From positions 186,001 through 250,000 of the forward strand of contig OZ024746.1 of NCBI GenBank assembly GCA_964016885.1: 64,000 bases of DNA. Reading direction: 5' to 3'. The notes under the pieces were generated by a model. That model was not told the origin of the DNA and ran no database searches. It worked only from the letters and a program-made list of their open reading frames with translations. The translations under genes were made by a program, and so were the position numbers. The stretch comes from Eledone cirrhosa. Its lineage: Eukaryota. Below, piece by piece: positions 11,986-25,149 of this stretch. How positions within the stretch are numbered: position 1 is the stretch's first letter; every line of letters begins with the position of its first letter.

Positions 11986-13519
11986 TGTGTACAGTTGTAC
12001 ACTTTATATTGATATGTTAAGGATTCGTGGTATATCATTGTACACTGTATATTGATTAGGTTAATGATTGGTGGTGTATCATTGAACATTTTATACCTGC
12101 AGCTACGGGGAAATTAGCAGAAATAAGTGCTTTTTGAAATAGGTGAAAAACTTTGATAAGATAACATTTATAAAATTTAATTACCATCTACATAGACAAA
12201 CAGAGAAGGTTATCTCTCTCCTTCTTCCTCCACCCTCTCTCTCTATTTCTCTTCCTCTCTCAGGGTGGTGGGGGTGGATTAGTGGAATTGTTAAAGAATC
12301 AGACAGGATGAGTTGAAGTATCTGTTTGCGTTCTGCATGTTTTGATTTCAAATCCTGCCTCCTGTCACCGGGAAAATGGTTACATGATAGGACTTTTTAC
12401 CGTTCGAATATATTGACTAAAATATGAAAATATTTAAAATCTATAATATTAATTTCTTATACTGGTGTAAAGCTCCAAACTTTAATGAAAGGTATATTGG
12501 CACAGGACTTCAAACTATTTTTATAAAAGTCTGTACCAAACCAAGAGGCTCTTCAGATCAGAGCTTACCTCACTTTAATGTGATGTTAAGCTACTAAGAG
12601 TACAAGACTTACCCCTGGCTAGGATGTTAGTCTGTTGCAAAGTTAACTTCCCCTATAGCTGCTGAATAGACTGAAGCAATGTGAAATAAAATGTCTTGCT
12701 TAATACACCTATTTATTAATTAATTAATGAGAAATGATGAATAACATCAGTATTTTTTTATAGCTACTTGTCTCCAAGATTGGTCGGAGGAGTACATTTT
12801 ATTAACATATTCCAATTTTTGGTATTGTTTCTATGACTGAATGCCCTTCATAATACTAACCACTTTACTGAGTGTACCATGACACCAACGGTAGAGTGGT
12901 TGTGAAGTCCTCACCAAAGTTAAAGAGTCCTCTGTATCCTACATTATTATTGATTTGATTCTCCATCACTTTACAGAGTGTACTTGGTGCACTTTGTGCT
13001 ACCAACATTAGAGAGGTTGTCTTGCTCTTACATGGCAAAAGAGTTCTCTCTACATTATCTTCACTCTTTCAAGGTAAAACTGCCTGAGACAAGTTATTTT
13101 TTGTTCATATATAATGTGTGCAACAATTTCTCTCTCTCTCACACACACACACACACGTCTGTGATATTAGTAGTCAGTGTTCACAGTTAATATAAAAACT
13201 ATTTACATTTCTTCAATTTCAAAAACTTTTGTTGATTAAACAAAAAAAATAAATAAAATGGAAAATTATTTGAAAATAAATTTTATTCAAGAAAAAGCAA
13301 CAAAAACAAACAAGATAAAAATTACAAAAAGTTAAAAAATCAATGTTTCATGAATTTTATTTCTGATATTAAATATTAAAGTAGTTTAACAAGGAGAGAA
13401 TTGATTTTCCACATTATTTAATGTTTTCTGTGTTTATTATGGTGCTTGCATCTAAAGAACCTTAATTAGCATATGTTAATTATGGTCTTGATCACCTAAA
13501 ACAGAAATGGGGAACCTGC

Positions 13520-13955
13520 AGCCTTCTATGCTATTCTGTGTGGCCTTAAGGCTCTATGTGGCCTTAAGGCCCTATGTGGTTTTCTATGCTATTCTATGTG
13601 GCTTTAAGGCCCTATGTGGTCTTCTATGCGGCTTTAAGGCCCTATGTGGTCTTCTATGCCATTCTATGTGGCTTTAAGGCCCTATGTGGTCTTCTATGCC
13701 ATTCTGTGTGGCCTTAAGACCCTATGTGGTTTTCTATGCCATTCTGTGTAGCCTTAAGGCTCTATGTGGTTTTCTATGCCATTCTGTGTGGCCTTAAGGC
13801 CACATGTGGTCTTCTATGCTATTCTGTGTGGCCTTAAGGCCCTATGTGGTCTTCTATGTCATTCTGTGTGGCCTTAACGCCACATGTGGTCTTCTATGTC
13901 ATTCTGTGTGGCCTTAACGCCACATGTGGTCTGCTATGCCATTCTGAGTGACCTT
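13520..13955. repeat. 40-bp minisatellite inside the hAT left end, about 10 copies
   Basis: Unit GCCTTAAGGCCCTATGTGGTCTTCTATGCCATTCTGTGTG. Confidence 0.92.
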
Positions 13956-14292
13956 TTGAAGGAATCAAAGATTTCCAACGAATTTTAAAACTTTTATTAA
14001 CATGTTTTTGTCTATTTTTTATTATTTTCATTTAAACTACTTATTGCTATAAATCTACATTTTCCTACCTAACCAAAATCAAGGTACCTTTAAGATCACA
14101 AATGGCAGATGCCCATCTTGAGGTGTAGTTGAAACTTCGGACCTCCATGTTGTAACCAAATATCAAAATGTTTTCCTACAACAGCCTTAACAAAGTCATA
14201 AAACGGTAGTTAGCTTTAACATTATTTTTTTGCTTTTTAGATAATTGGTACATAGTAATTAGATTTTAAGAATATATAATTATGGTTTCTTG

Positions 14293-14510
14293 AATGTAGC
14301 CTTATTATATCACAGGTAACTTAATGTGGCCTTATATCACAGGTAACTTAATGTGGCCTTATTATATTACAGGTAACTTAATGTAGTCTTATTATATTAC
14401 AGGTAATTTAACGTGGCCTTATTATATCACAGGTAACTTAATGTAGCCTTATTATATTACAGGTAACTTCATGTGGCCTTATTATATCACAGGTAACTTA
14501 ATGTGGCCTT
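14293..14510. repeat. 30-bp minisatellite inside the hAT right end, about 7 copies
   Basis: Unit GCCTTATTATATCACAGGTAACTTAATGTG. Confidence 0.92.
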
Positions 14511-14599
14511 TCAACATGAAAAGGTTCCCACTTCTGACCTAAACAATCCTAATAAGCATGTTATGTTTTTGATCACCTAAACCTTCCTAATTAACATGT

Positions 14600-14910
14600 T
14601 GTCAAGTCATTAGAACGTCAGATAGAATACTTTGAGGTATTTATTTTTGCTCTCTGCTCTCTGAATTCAAATCCTGTCAAGATCAACTTTGCCTTTAATC
14701 CATTTAAGGTCAATAAAAAAAGTAACAGTCCAGTACTGGGGTCGATCCTTCTTCTATATCTCTTTCTCACTCTCTCTATCTCTCTCTCTGGAAGAAATCT
14801 GCCACACTCAAGCCTGGAAAGGGGATGAGTTCTTGCAGGTTTAAAAATGCCTTAGAAACACTGTCAATATGGTGCCCCTACAACTCCCTCAGGAATTATG
14901 GGTCCATACC
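14600..14910 (+). mobile_element. SINE family 1, long-tail variant; also 16490-16720, 22980-23290, 26065-26345 (-), 63515-63655
   Basis: B-box-like GAATTCAAATCC, body ACTTTGCCTTT..AAAGTA.CAG, tail TCTCTGGAAGAAATCTGC...GGTTTAAAAATGCC. Confidence 0.7.
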
Positions 14911-15190
14911 AATACAGTCAGGTATTGGGGTCGATTTCATCAATTTTGAGCTTTCCCCTAATTTTCTGGTCTAAATTAGAAATCAGTATTTAAGAGTCTC
15001 TAATAAAATCAACAGTCTTGTAAGAGTTAAATAATTGACCCAGAAAATATGCCATTCTAAACAGTAATGAGGAGAAATATGAAAGGTCAGCAATAATTTA
15101 TTTACACAACAATTCAGCTATTTATATACAATATAAAAAGTTATAAAACTCCCAGTCCAGCTGTGTATTTCTAAATACTTTAATGTATCT

Positions 15191-16230
15191 TAGATTTTAC
15201 ATGTGGCCGGTGTTCTGGTGCAATAAGTAGCAGCAAGTGCCCACAAAATACTAGCTCTTTCAATTGCGCAGAGGGTTCTATAAAAATAGTGGACAGCTTC
15301 CGTTACCTGGGCGATAAAATCAGCAGTGGGGGAGGGTGCTCTGAAAGTACTGTAGCTAGAGTCAGAACTGGTTGGAAAAAGTTCAGAGAGCTTATACCAC
15401 TATTAGCTGCTAAAGGGTTCTCCCTAAAAATGAAAGGCAGGTTGTACGATGCCTGCATACGAACAGCAATGTTGCATGGTAGTGAGACCTGGGCATTGTG
15501 TGCAGAGGATATACGCAGACTAGAGAGGAACGAAGCTTGCATGCTTCGCTGGATGTGTAACAGTAATATACGTGAACAGCAAAGCATAAACGAACTAAGG
15601 AAAAAATTAGAGATAAGAGGGATCAGATGTTGTTTACTCGAGAGAAGGCTGCGTTGGTATGGACACGTGATGCGCATGAAAGTCGATAGCTGTATAACAA
15701 AGTGCAGGGCAATGAAGATAGACGGTAGCCACGGAATAGGCAGACCTAGAAAAACCTGGGATGAGCTGATAAACTCCGACCTCACACACTTACACCTCTC
15801 CAAGACAATGTCACTGGACCGAGACCTTTGGCGGTACTCAGTAACAGAGAAGACCCGCCTTGCCAGTAAGCATCTCTAACAAAATACACCCCGTCCCGCC
15901 ACCACCCCCACCCCATCCACACCACCCCGTTCTATGTAAAGTTATGTTGGTGCCGCGCCAACCAGGCCGAAACAAATGAGATCGTGTAGGTGTCACGACA
16001 AAAAAACACACAGTCCACGCTGTAATATGGCCGTGTAGGCAACACGGTAAAAACCTCCCAGACCCACACTGTAAATGTGGTTGGTGTTAGGAAGGGCATC
16101 CAACTGTAGAAAACCTGCCAGACAGTCCTATGCGAGCAAGACAATCACTCTTGCCTCAAGTGGGACTACCCCCGTCCAAACCCATGCAAGCATGGAACAC
16201 GGACGTTAAACGTTGATGATGATGATGATA
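15191..16230 (+). mobile_element. 5'-truncated young RTE LINE
   Basis: Uninterrupted 196-codon ORF 15289-15879, full 3' UTR, (GAT)n tail. Confidence 0.93.
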
Positions 16231-16959
16231 TGTTTTGTAGTGTTAAGTTGTCTAACTGCATGTTTTACTGAGATACAATATCATCTTTCTGCTGGTTTAA
16301 TTCTTTTGTTCCTATATTTCTTATGAAAGACACTAAATCATTTTGAAAATAATTTACAATTTAGAAGGCTTTAGTAATATAACTAACTTATTTTCTTTAT
16401 TCAGCGGGTGCTTGAAACATACTTAACAAATTATAATGGAAGGCTTTTAGATAAATATAAACACTTGAAAATAAACAGTATCATAGAACCAGGTGGCAAA
16501 TTGGCAGAATCGTTAGAGCGTTAGAAACAATGCTTTGTGGTATTCATTCTGGTTCCAATCCCGCCAAGTTCAACTTTGCCTTTCATCCATTTAAGGTTAA
16601 TAAAAAAAAAGTACCAGTCAATTCTTCCTCTATATCTCTTTCTCTGGAAGAAATTTGTTATATTCAGTCGTGGAGAGAAGATTCCGCCAGGTTTAAAATA
16701 CCCTGGAAACTGCATGAGTTACAAGACCATACATTATATTATAGAACCAGGGGTTGTTTCAGGAGATTTGGAGAATTAATAATGTTAGTTTAACTATTGG
16801 TTTTAGTGACAGAATATCACATATCACAGTTGGTATGTAATGTTATCTAATTATAGGGACATCATATCACATATTACAATATGTAATGATAAGTTATCAA
16901 ACTATGTTATAATGACAAAATATAACACATCACAGTTCATTATGTAATGTTAAGTTGGA

Positions 16960-17147
16960 TGGCGGTGGATTGGCAGTATCGGTAGAGTGTCGGACGCCAT
17001 GCTTTCCAGCATAGTTACGTCCCTTTACGATCTGAGTTCAAATCCCGCCGAGGTTGACTTTGCCTTTCATCCTTACGGGGTCGATAAAATAAAGTACCAG
17101 TAATGCACTGGGTAATTGCTGGCCTTGTGCCTAAAGTAGAAACAATT
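16960..17147 (+). mobile_element. tRNA-derived SINE family 1, full-length young copy
   Basis: A-box TGGCAGTATCGG, B-box GAGTTCAAATCC, tail GGCCTTGTGCCTAAAGTAGAAACAATT; near-identical to 38748-38932 and 42254-42441. Confidence 0.88.
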
Positions 17148-17235
17148 ATGTAATGTTAAGTTTGTTACTTAATTACATATTTTAGTTATTTAGTATATCA
17201 GTGATTTACTGATATATTTAGAATATGTAAGAATT

Positions 17236-17413
17236 AGCAGATATACTCGAATATAAGCTGAGGAATATGTGACCCCAAAAAAATTGATGGTAGAAGGTTT
17301 ATATTTTGATGATTTTTCACCAATTTCAGATTCTATGTAAATAAGGTTTGGATTTTTGCTCATTTCTTGGACATAAAATACTGGGGTCGGCTTATATTCG
17401 AATATATACTGTA
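17236..17413. mobile_element. pogo/Tigger-type MITE
   Basis: TIRs ATATACTCGAATATAAGCTGA / TCGGCTTATATTCGAATATAT. Confidence 0.65.
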
Positions 17414-18769
17414 TATACACTATACACTGTATACACTGTATATGCAGTATATACTGTATACACTGTATATACAGTAGATAAATTATATTTATATATGTAT
17501 GATTTTTTTTGTTATGCATCACCTCTGCTTGGGTTTAGCAGGCATTTTATGAGGCTCCATCACATTGAAAGATTCTTGGGTGTTTTAATGATAGAGGGCC
17601 CTAATCTTATGTCACCAGTTTTCCAGTGGCAGGATTTGAAATCAGAATATGCTAAAAACAAATATTGCAAAACACCCTGTCCAGTACTCAAACAATTCAA
17701 CCAGTCCACTGCCCTTGGACTGGTATCTTATGTATTGAGCTTGAAAGGATGAAGTTGACCACGGCTGAATTTGAACAGAGCTAGAATAAGTACCACACAG
17801 CATTTAATCTTATGCTCTGCCACTTCATTGCTTTTATGTATTAATGATATGCACCCAGTACACTCTGTAAAGTGTTTGGCAATATAAGATAGAGGGCACT
17901 CCTCAGTCTTGCTGAGTGACATGATAAAAGGCACTCAGTACACTCTGTAAAGTGGTTGGCATCAGGAAGGGCATCAAGCTGTAGAAATCAAGTCAAATAT
18001 GGAATGTATGAGCAGGATGTGCTTCTCTGACACCATAAACTCTTAGAATATGATCCATTGAACCCATGCCAGCATGGAAAACGGACATAAAATGATGATG
18101 ATGACTTGATCTAGACTGCATAATAATATCAGATATAATCCCTTATTCCATCTTATGATGGCAGTGTAATGATATTACTGTGTATCTCTGTGTGTTGTAA
18201 GATCACGACTAAAAGAGTTGGTACCAAGAAGGTAAAAACAGTGCCTTGAAAAGGACCTCATTAATAAGTATGAAGTCTGTCACGGGGCCCACAAAACTAG
18301 CTCTTGCTTCAGTAGGGAAAATAGCCTTAAAATGGTTGTGTGTTGGTGTAATGACAATAACCAGGATGTGTCAACAGAAAGAATATTAAGAGAATTTTCT
18401 TTATATACTTCTGATTTCATTGGATTGATCTGTAATGTTTTTACGATTTGAATATTGCAAAGGTTAGCTGCCAATTACACACACACACATATATATATAT
18501 ATATACACACACACATATATATATACATACATATATATATATATACACACACGTATCACATAAAATTCAGTTTTCTTCTGTTTGAAAATCCAAACATACG
18601 TATAGATATACATGCATACCTATATATATATATTGACGAGGTTATAGGAAATATAAATGTTATAATCCCAATTGCTCACAATTACTTAATGAGATATGGT
18701 TTGAATGTACATCGAGCTCACATGTCCTAGAGTGCTAACAAAGTGTATATTCTTAATATGGCGGTTGCA

Positions 18770-20155
18770 CGTGGACCTCATAGAGGGCCCAGCAATACAA
18801 GTCAGCAGCGGAGTAAGTAAAGCAATTAAGGATATGAAAACTAGGAAAGCAACCGGTCCATCAGGTATAGCTACTGAGATGCTGAAAGCATTGGGGTCGG
18901 TAGGTCACACCATAACCACATGTATTGTTAACCAGGTAATACTAGATGGCGTTATACCAAATGATTAGCGTAGCATCATCATTGTCAACTGCTACAAGGG
19001 TAAAGGAGATGCACTAGATAGAGGAAACTATAGAGGTATAAAGCTGATGGACCAGGTCATGAAAGTAACAGAAAGAGTTATAGCACAGTTGATTAGGGAC
19101 CGGGTAAAACTAGATGATATGCAGTTCGGCTTTGTGCCAAACAAAAGCACCACTGATGCTCTCTTCCTTGTGAGGCAGTTACAGGAAAAGTACCTGGCAT
19201 TTGTCGATCGGGAAAAAGCCTTTGACAGAGTACCCCATGCTATAATTTGGTGGGCTCTTAGAAAACTATAAGTAGATGAATGGCTTGGGAAGGCTGTACA
19301 AGACATGTATAGGGGAGCAGTCAGCAAAGTTAAGTTAACAATGACTATAGTGAGGAATTTAGCATACAGGTTGCCCATGGGAACTTCTGTATACAGATGA
19401 TCTTACACTCATAGCTGAATCTATTGTGGAACTAGAGAAGAAATTCCAAACATGGAAGCAGGGCCTAGAAAAAAGGGGTCTCAAAGTCAACCTGACAAAG
19501 ACTAAGATCCTCGTAAGTAGAAGAGAAAACTGAATGCAGATCCCTTCAGGGAAATGGCCTTGCTCAGTATGTAGGAAAGGTGTAGGTAGAAATTCCATCC
19601 TCTGCCCCAAATGCAATCTATGGATACGCAAGAAATGTAGTGGGATCTCAGGAAGTTTAGTTAAGAATGTAGGCTTTACATGTAGCAGTTGTACAGGGAC
19701 AGTAAACAGGAAACAACTGATACTAAATTCTGGGAGGATTCTGTAGAAAGAATAGACAGCTTCTGCCACCTCGGTGACTGTTCTGAAGGTACAGTAGCCA
19801 GAGTAAGAACGGGATGGAAGAAGTTCAGGGAGTTACTCCACTGCTAGCTACAAAACGCTTTTCCCTCAAAATGAAAGGCAGACTGTATGATGCATGCATA
19901 CAAACAGCAATGTTGCATGGTAGTGAGACCAGGGCATTGTGTGCAGAAGACTTGTGTAGATTTGAAAGAAATGAAGCTTGCATGCTCCGATGGATGTGTA
20001 ATAGTAATATACATGAACAGCAAAGCATAAATGAATTGAGAGAGAGACTAGGCATAAAAGGAATCAAATGCTGTGTGCAGGAGAGAAAATTACGTTGGTA
20101 TGGACATGTGATGCATATGAAAGATGACAGCTGCATAAAAAAGTGCAGAGCACAT
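18770..20155 (+). mobile_element. Internally deleted RTE LINE fragment (RT and Cys/His finger)
   Basis: MQFGFVP, AFVD.EKAFDRVP, KWPCSVC, MLHGSET, LRWYGHV. Confidence 0.9.
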
Positions 20156-20415
20156 GGTGATGATGTATGTATGTAAATATAAAGATTTGGATTATAAATG
20201 GAGATATCCACTTCAGTCATTTATATCAAGATATGGAAAAACCTGATGTATAATAATCATCTGTAAATATACAAATTGAAATATTCCAACGTAGTGAAAC
20301 ATGTATATATCATCATCATCATATGTATACATATATATATGTATATGTATACGTACATACATATGCACATAAAAATAAGATAGTCAACAATTTCTTTTTA
20401 AAAAGTTCCAAATTT

Positions 20416-20624
20416 TCAAGATTCTCCATTTACTTCTAGACGAAACATCTTTGACAATTTGCTGTATTCATCGTTATGGTGGAGTAAAACACTGCGTATG
20501 ATGCCAAATTCTTTACGAGGGAGCTGTAAAACCACAGCAGACGATCCTACACACGTAAACCAAAGACACATTTGGCTTAAATCTTTGTCTTTCTCCCCTG
20601 CTACCAGAGAATGGATTAGTTGAC
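20416..20624 (-). CDS. Unidentified protein, terminal coding exon
   Basis: ttatttgcag|GT QLIHSLVAGEKDKDLSQMCLWFTCVGSSAVVLQLPRKEFGIIRSVLLHHNDEYSKLSKMFRLEVNGES*; phase 1 matches the donor at 21688. Confidence 0.75.
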
Positions 20625-21423
20625 CTGCAAATAAAATTTAAAAGTGTAAAACAGTTTACAGCTACAAGTAATTTGTTTTTAGACACAAATTGTTGTCTTT
20701 TATTTTTTTACTTGTTTCAGTCATTAGACTCTGGCCATGCTGGAGCACACAGCCTTGTAGAGATTCAGTTGATCATATCAACCCTAATATATATTATTTT
20801 CAAATCTAGTATTTATTTTATGAATCTCTGTTTTGTCGAATCTCTAAGTTACTGGATATAAAAACACACACACACACCATCATTGTCAGTTTAATGTCCA
20901 CTTTCCCTGCTAGCAAGGTGTGGACTAATATATGTGTGTGTGTATGAAAGCTATGACTCAGCTAATTTGAGATGGTCAAAGTTGTCACACACCCTTCGTT
21001 TATTGGTTAAAATCACCTAGCTGATATCTAGGAGATATGGGGTTCAATTCATCAGAGTGGCCAATGGCAACTTCTTTTTCTGCCTTTTAAGGGTCTTCAC
21101 TCTAGTTATAGCATCATCATTCTTTATATTATATTAACTTTATCCCCTCAGCACTTTGTAAAAGTCCGAGAGATCAGCTACATTTACATAATGTTTCTTT
21201 GTTTACATACAATGTCTATTGACTATCTAATTTGAGATGGTGAGTGTTGTCACGGTTCCTTGGTTTAATGGTTAAAAGGACCAATTGGAGATATGGGATT
21301 ACAATAGAAGATGCCCAGAGTAGCACTGAAGCTGGAACCACATAGCTGCTAAATAAACTCCTTAACTACAGACATGTCTCATCCTATTTTACTATATTCC
21401 TCCAAATTTTTTTATTATAATAT

Positions 21424-21530
21424 AACGAGTTGGGCATAAAAGCCCCTAGAGATGGAAAAAAGTGAACAACATCACATATGCAAGCTATTCACTTTTTTCC
21501 ATTTCTAGGGACATATATATCTACCTCGTT
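21424..21530. repeat. Intronic imperfect hairpin
   Basis: CCCTAGAGATGGAAAAAAGTGAA / TTCACTTTTTTCCATTTCTAGGG; outer AACGAG/CTCGTT. Confidence 0.75.
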
Positions 21531-21687
21531 CAACTATTTTTCATAATCAAAAACCTGTGTTGAAGTAGTTAACTTTAAGCTAAAATATATTCAATATTCA
21601 TAATTTGCTCAACACATTTTAATACAATGATATAAACAATGTATTTTTTATTTAGAAACATAGTAATGAAAGGGTTAATCCACTTAC

Positions 21688-22278
21688 CAAAGCAGAGAAC
21701 AGCAACAGACATTGACATCCAGTCGAAATATTGTAGTTTGTTATCAACTTTCTTTGTCAAGGCATCAGCTAAGTGAACAGATGCGTCAGATAAATAATTG
21801 AAAATAGATTTTATTTCTTTGATTTGTTCCATAATTTTGGTTAATGATTGAAGGTTTGGTGGTATGTCTGTCTTAAAACAGATTTTGTCAACAAAATCTT
21901 CCAGCTGAAAAACTCGTTCCCCAAGATTTTTAGCCAACGAGAATAATTTTTTCATTCGATTGTGTGTTCTGTAGCTTATTGAAATAGTTCCAGAGTTTAA
22001 AGCAGTTTTGCAGATCTTTAGACTGACTATAATGTGTGTTGTTTCAACTATGACTGAGATTGTGTAATGAATGAAGGAAGCAGAGAGGGTTATATATTTT
22101 AGTTCTCTAGGACTTGATAAATAAGTGTGGACATGGCCCAGAAAGTCAGTCATTTTATTAAACACACTTGAGTTCTCCAAGTAAAATTCATCTCTTGATA
22201 ACTGGAGCAGGTAATCGTAAAGATATGCAATGGAATCCTTGTAGTTTTCCCAAAGTACAGTATCTTTGTGGGCCCAGG
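21688..22278 (-). CDS. Unidentified protein, 591-nt internal exon
   Basis: ttttgtag|CC WAHKDTVLWENYKDSIAYLYDYLLQL...FDWMSMSVAVLCF G|gtaagt; 197 open codons in non-repetitive AT-rich DNA, canonical sites, phase 1/1. Confidence 0.8.
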
Positions 22279-23125
22279 CTACAAAATTAAATAAAATAAA
22301 ATTAATATATGTACCACCACCACCACAACGACAACCACCACCATCATCACTGCCACCACTATAACCACCATTGCCATCACCACCACTACAATCACCATCA
22401 CCATTACCACCACTGCCAAATCGAACCTATGACTTTATGATTGAGTCCAACACACTAATCACATTCCTTCAGAAGCCACATGCCCCGCTCAAACCAGCAA
22501 TGCTTCCATCAATTACTACCATTTTATAGAGTGTACTGGGTGCATTATATCATAGCCACAGCACTAATGAATCTATGTCCTTGGCTTGATTAAGGGGTCC
22601 TTGCTACCCTACAGTGTCTCTGTTCAATAGCTACGACTTTACAGAGTGTACTGGGTGTATTATATCATAGCAACAGCACTAATAAGATTGCCTTGGTTAT
22701 TTACCATCTTACATTATCTTTATTCAATGACTGTGATTATATTAAACAGTGTTTTATTCCATTTCTGTTGTTTGTTGTCACCAGATTTACAAGTACAGAA
22801 TATGGACATAATACAACAACATGAAAGGAATGGACTAAATATTTATATTGGCTTCTGTCCAAATGTCTGAACTATTATTATAGTAGATTAATATTTGATT
22901 AGTTCATTATTTCAACATGATATTGATGTTACTGTTGTGTAAATAATGCCTTGATAAAAACGTTGCTCAATCACACGAAGGGGCAGAGAATTGGCAGAAC
23001 TGTGAGTTTGTGGGGTTCATTCTGGTTCCCTACATTCAGTGTTCAAAATCTATCAAGGTAAACTGTTTCTCATCGTTTTTAGTGAAGTTGATAAATATAG
23101 TACCAGTTCAGTATTAGGGTCGATT

Positions 23126-23162
<37 letters not shown>

Positions 23163-23600
23163 TCAGAAGAAATCAGCTGTGTTCCAACCCAAAGAAGAGA
23201 TGGGATTTGCCAGATTTAAAATGCCCAAGAAGCACTATATATCACTACATTGTCCCTACAATTCCACCAGAAGTTATGGGTGTCACACAATCACATGAAC
23301 CAGCCAAAATAAATATATGAAAACTTGACTTGTTATGAGGAAACATTTTAAGAGACAATATTCCATTAATTGATATAGAAATTTTTTTTCTTGAGCAAAA
23401 GATCACTTTTAAAATGATTTCTAATTTAGGCACACGAATGAGAGTGTATAATGTATATATATATAGTTTGTACAGTGTATATATATATATATAGTGTGTA
23501 TAATGTATATATAGACAGTGTGTACAGTATATATATATAGTGTGTACAGTGTATATATATAATATATATAGTGTGTATAATATATATATATATATATATA

Positions 23601-23906
23601 TATATTAATAAAAGGAATTCCAACTTTGTCTGATTTACTCGTTTTATTTACAATCCTTTAAAATTATAATGGTATTAGAATGTAATAGTATGGCAGAATA
23701 TTAAATGTTAAGTGTTAATTGAACAAGTACTTTCATGCTTTCACAATCTTCAGGTTCATATTCTGTGGTGACAGTCAAGTTTGCAATTTTCAACTGTGTT
23801 GAAAATTGCAAACTTGACTGTCACCACAGTAATACCATTATAATTTTAAAGGATTGTAAATAAAACGAGTAAATCAGACAAAGTTGGAATTCCTTTTATT
23901 AATATA
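23601..23906. repeat. Nested perfect inverted repeat (77-bp outer and 32-bp inner arms)
   Basis: 23601-23677 is the reverse complement of 23830-23906; 23763-23794 of 23798-23829. Confidence 0.93.
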
Positions 23907-23954
23907 ATCTTCTATACCCAATCATACACACCTGTGTATATTCCTTTATATATA

Positions 23955-24207
23955 TTGGAGCATATAGACAATATTCCCCCATGCTCCTCCCACTGTAAAG
24001 TGGTTGTGTAGGTGCCACGGTAAAAAAGCACCCAGCACTCACTGTAAATGAGGTTGGAGTTAGGAAGGGCATCCAGCTGTAGAAACAAAACAAATCAGTT
24101 CCCTTATGAACAAGACATGGTCACCTGACCTGGCATTGCCCACAACAGGACAACCCGTTTAACCCATGCTAACCATGGAAGAACGGATGTAAAACAGTGA
24201 TGATGAT
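23955..24207 (+). mobile_element. RTE 3'-UTR-only copy; related copy at 43815-44122
   Basis: GCATATAGACAATA..CACTGTAAATGAGGTTGG..AGGAAGGGCATCCAGCTGTAGAAA..(GAT)n. Confidence 0.75.
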
Positions 24208-24220
24208 ATAATGTGTGTAT

Positions 24221-24940
24221 ATCATCATCATCATCATCGTTTAACGTCTATCTTCCACGCTAGCATGGGTTTAGACGGGAATTGTCCCACTTGAGGACTG
24301 TCTGGCGGATTTTCTATGGCTGGATGCCCTGCCTAACACCAACCACGTTTACAGTGTGGACTGTGGAGGTTTTTACCGTGTTACCTACACAGCGTGGACT
24401 GTGTGTTTTTTTTTGTCGTGACACCTACACAACCTCATTTATTTAGGACTGGATGTTGTGGCACCAACATAACTTTACAGAGAAAGGGGTGGTGTTGATG
24501 GGGGTGGGCGTAGGGGGATTGGGCTGGGTGTATTTTTGGTTAGGAGGTGCCTACTGACTGTAGGTTTGGCTTTGTACTTAGGCAAGGTGGGTCTTCTGTA
24601 TTACTGCATAGCGCCAAAGATCTCGGTCCAGTGACATTGTCTTGGAGAGGTGTAAGTGTGTAAGGTCGGAATTTATCAAATCGTCTCAGGTTTTTCTGGG
24701 TCTGCCTACTCCGTAGCTTCCATCTATTTTGATCGCCCTGCACTTTTTTATACAGCTGTCGTCTTTCATGCACATCACGTGACCATACCAACGTAGTCTT
24801 CTCTCAAGTAAACAGCATCTGATCCCTCTTATTCCTAATTTCTCACTTAGTTCATTTATGCTTTGCCGTTCACGTATATTACTATTACACATCCAACGGA
24901 GCATGCAAGCTTCGTTCCTCTCCAGTCTGCGCAGATCCTC
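24221..24940 (-). mobile_element. 5'-truncated RTE LINE
   Basis: ORF 24686-24904 MLRWMCNS..RRLRWYGHV..GRPRKT; (ATC)n tail at 24221. Confidence 0.9.
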
Positions 24941-25149
24941 ATATATATAGTGTGTATAATGTATATATATGTATATATAGTGTGTATAATGTATATATGT
25001 ATATATACGTAAGTATGCAAGAGTGAGGAATAAAATTCTAATTTTATTTTTTGTATATATATATATAGTGTGTATATTTATATATATATATATATTATAG
25101 GTACAGATTAAAGTTTAAGCAAAGAATCGCTGCTTTAATGGGATCTTAT

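Larger units (their letters stand above)
13502..14536 (+). mobile_element. Non-autonomous hAT (Buster/Charlie-like) transposon
   Basis: TIRs CAGAAATGGGGAACCT / AGGTTCCCCACTTCTG; 8-bp TSD ACCTAAAA/ACCTAAAC; relic transposase C-terminus TYCYKSTFSYLTKIKVPLRSQMADAHLEV*LKLRTS at about 14039-14170. Confidence 0.88.

Noticed and set aside
13520-14510. Regular repeats resembling a CRISPR array
   Set aside because: No unique spacers, eukaryotic context, lies inside a hAT element
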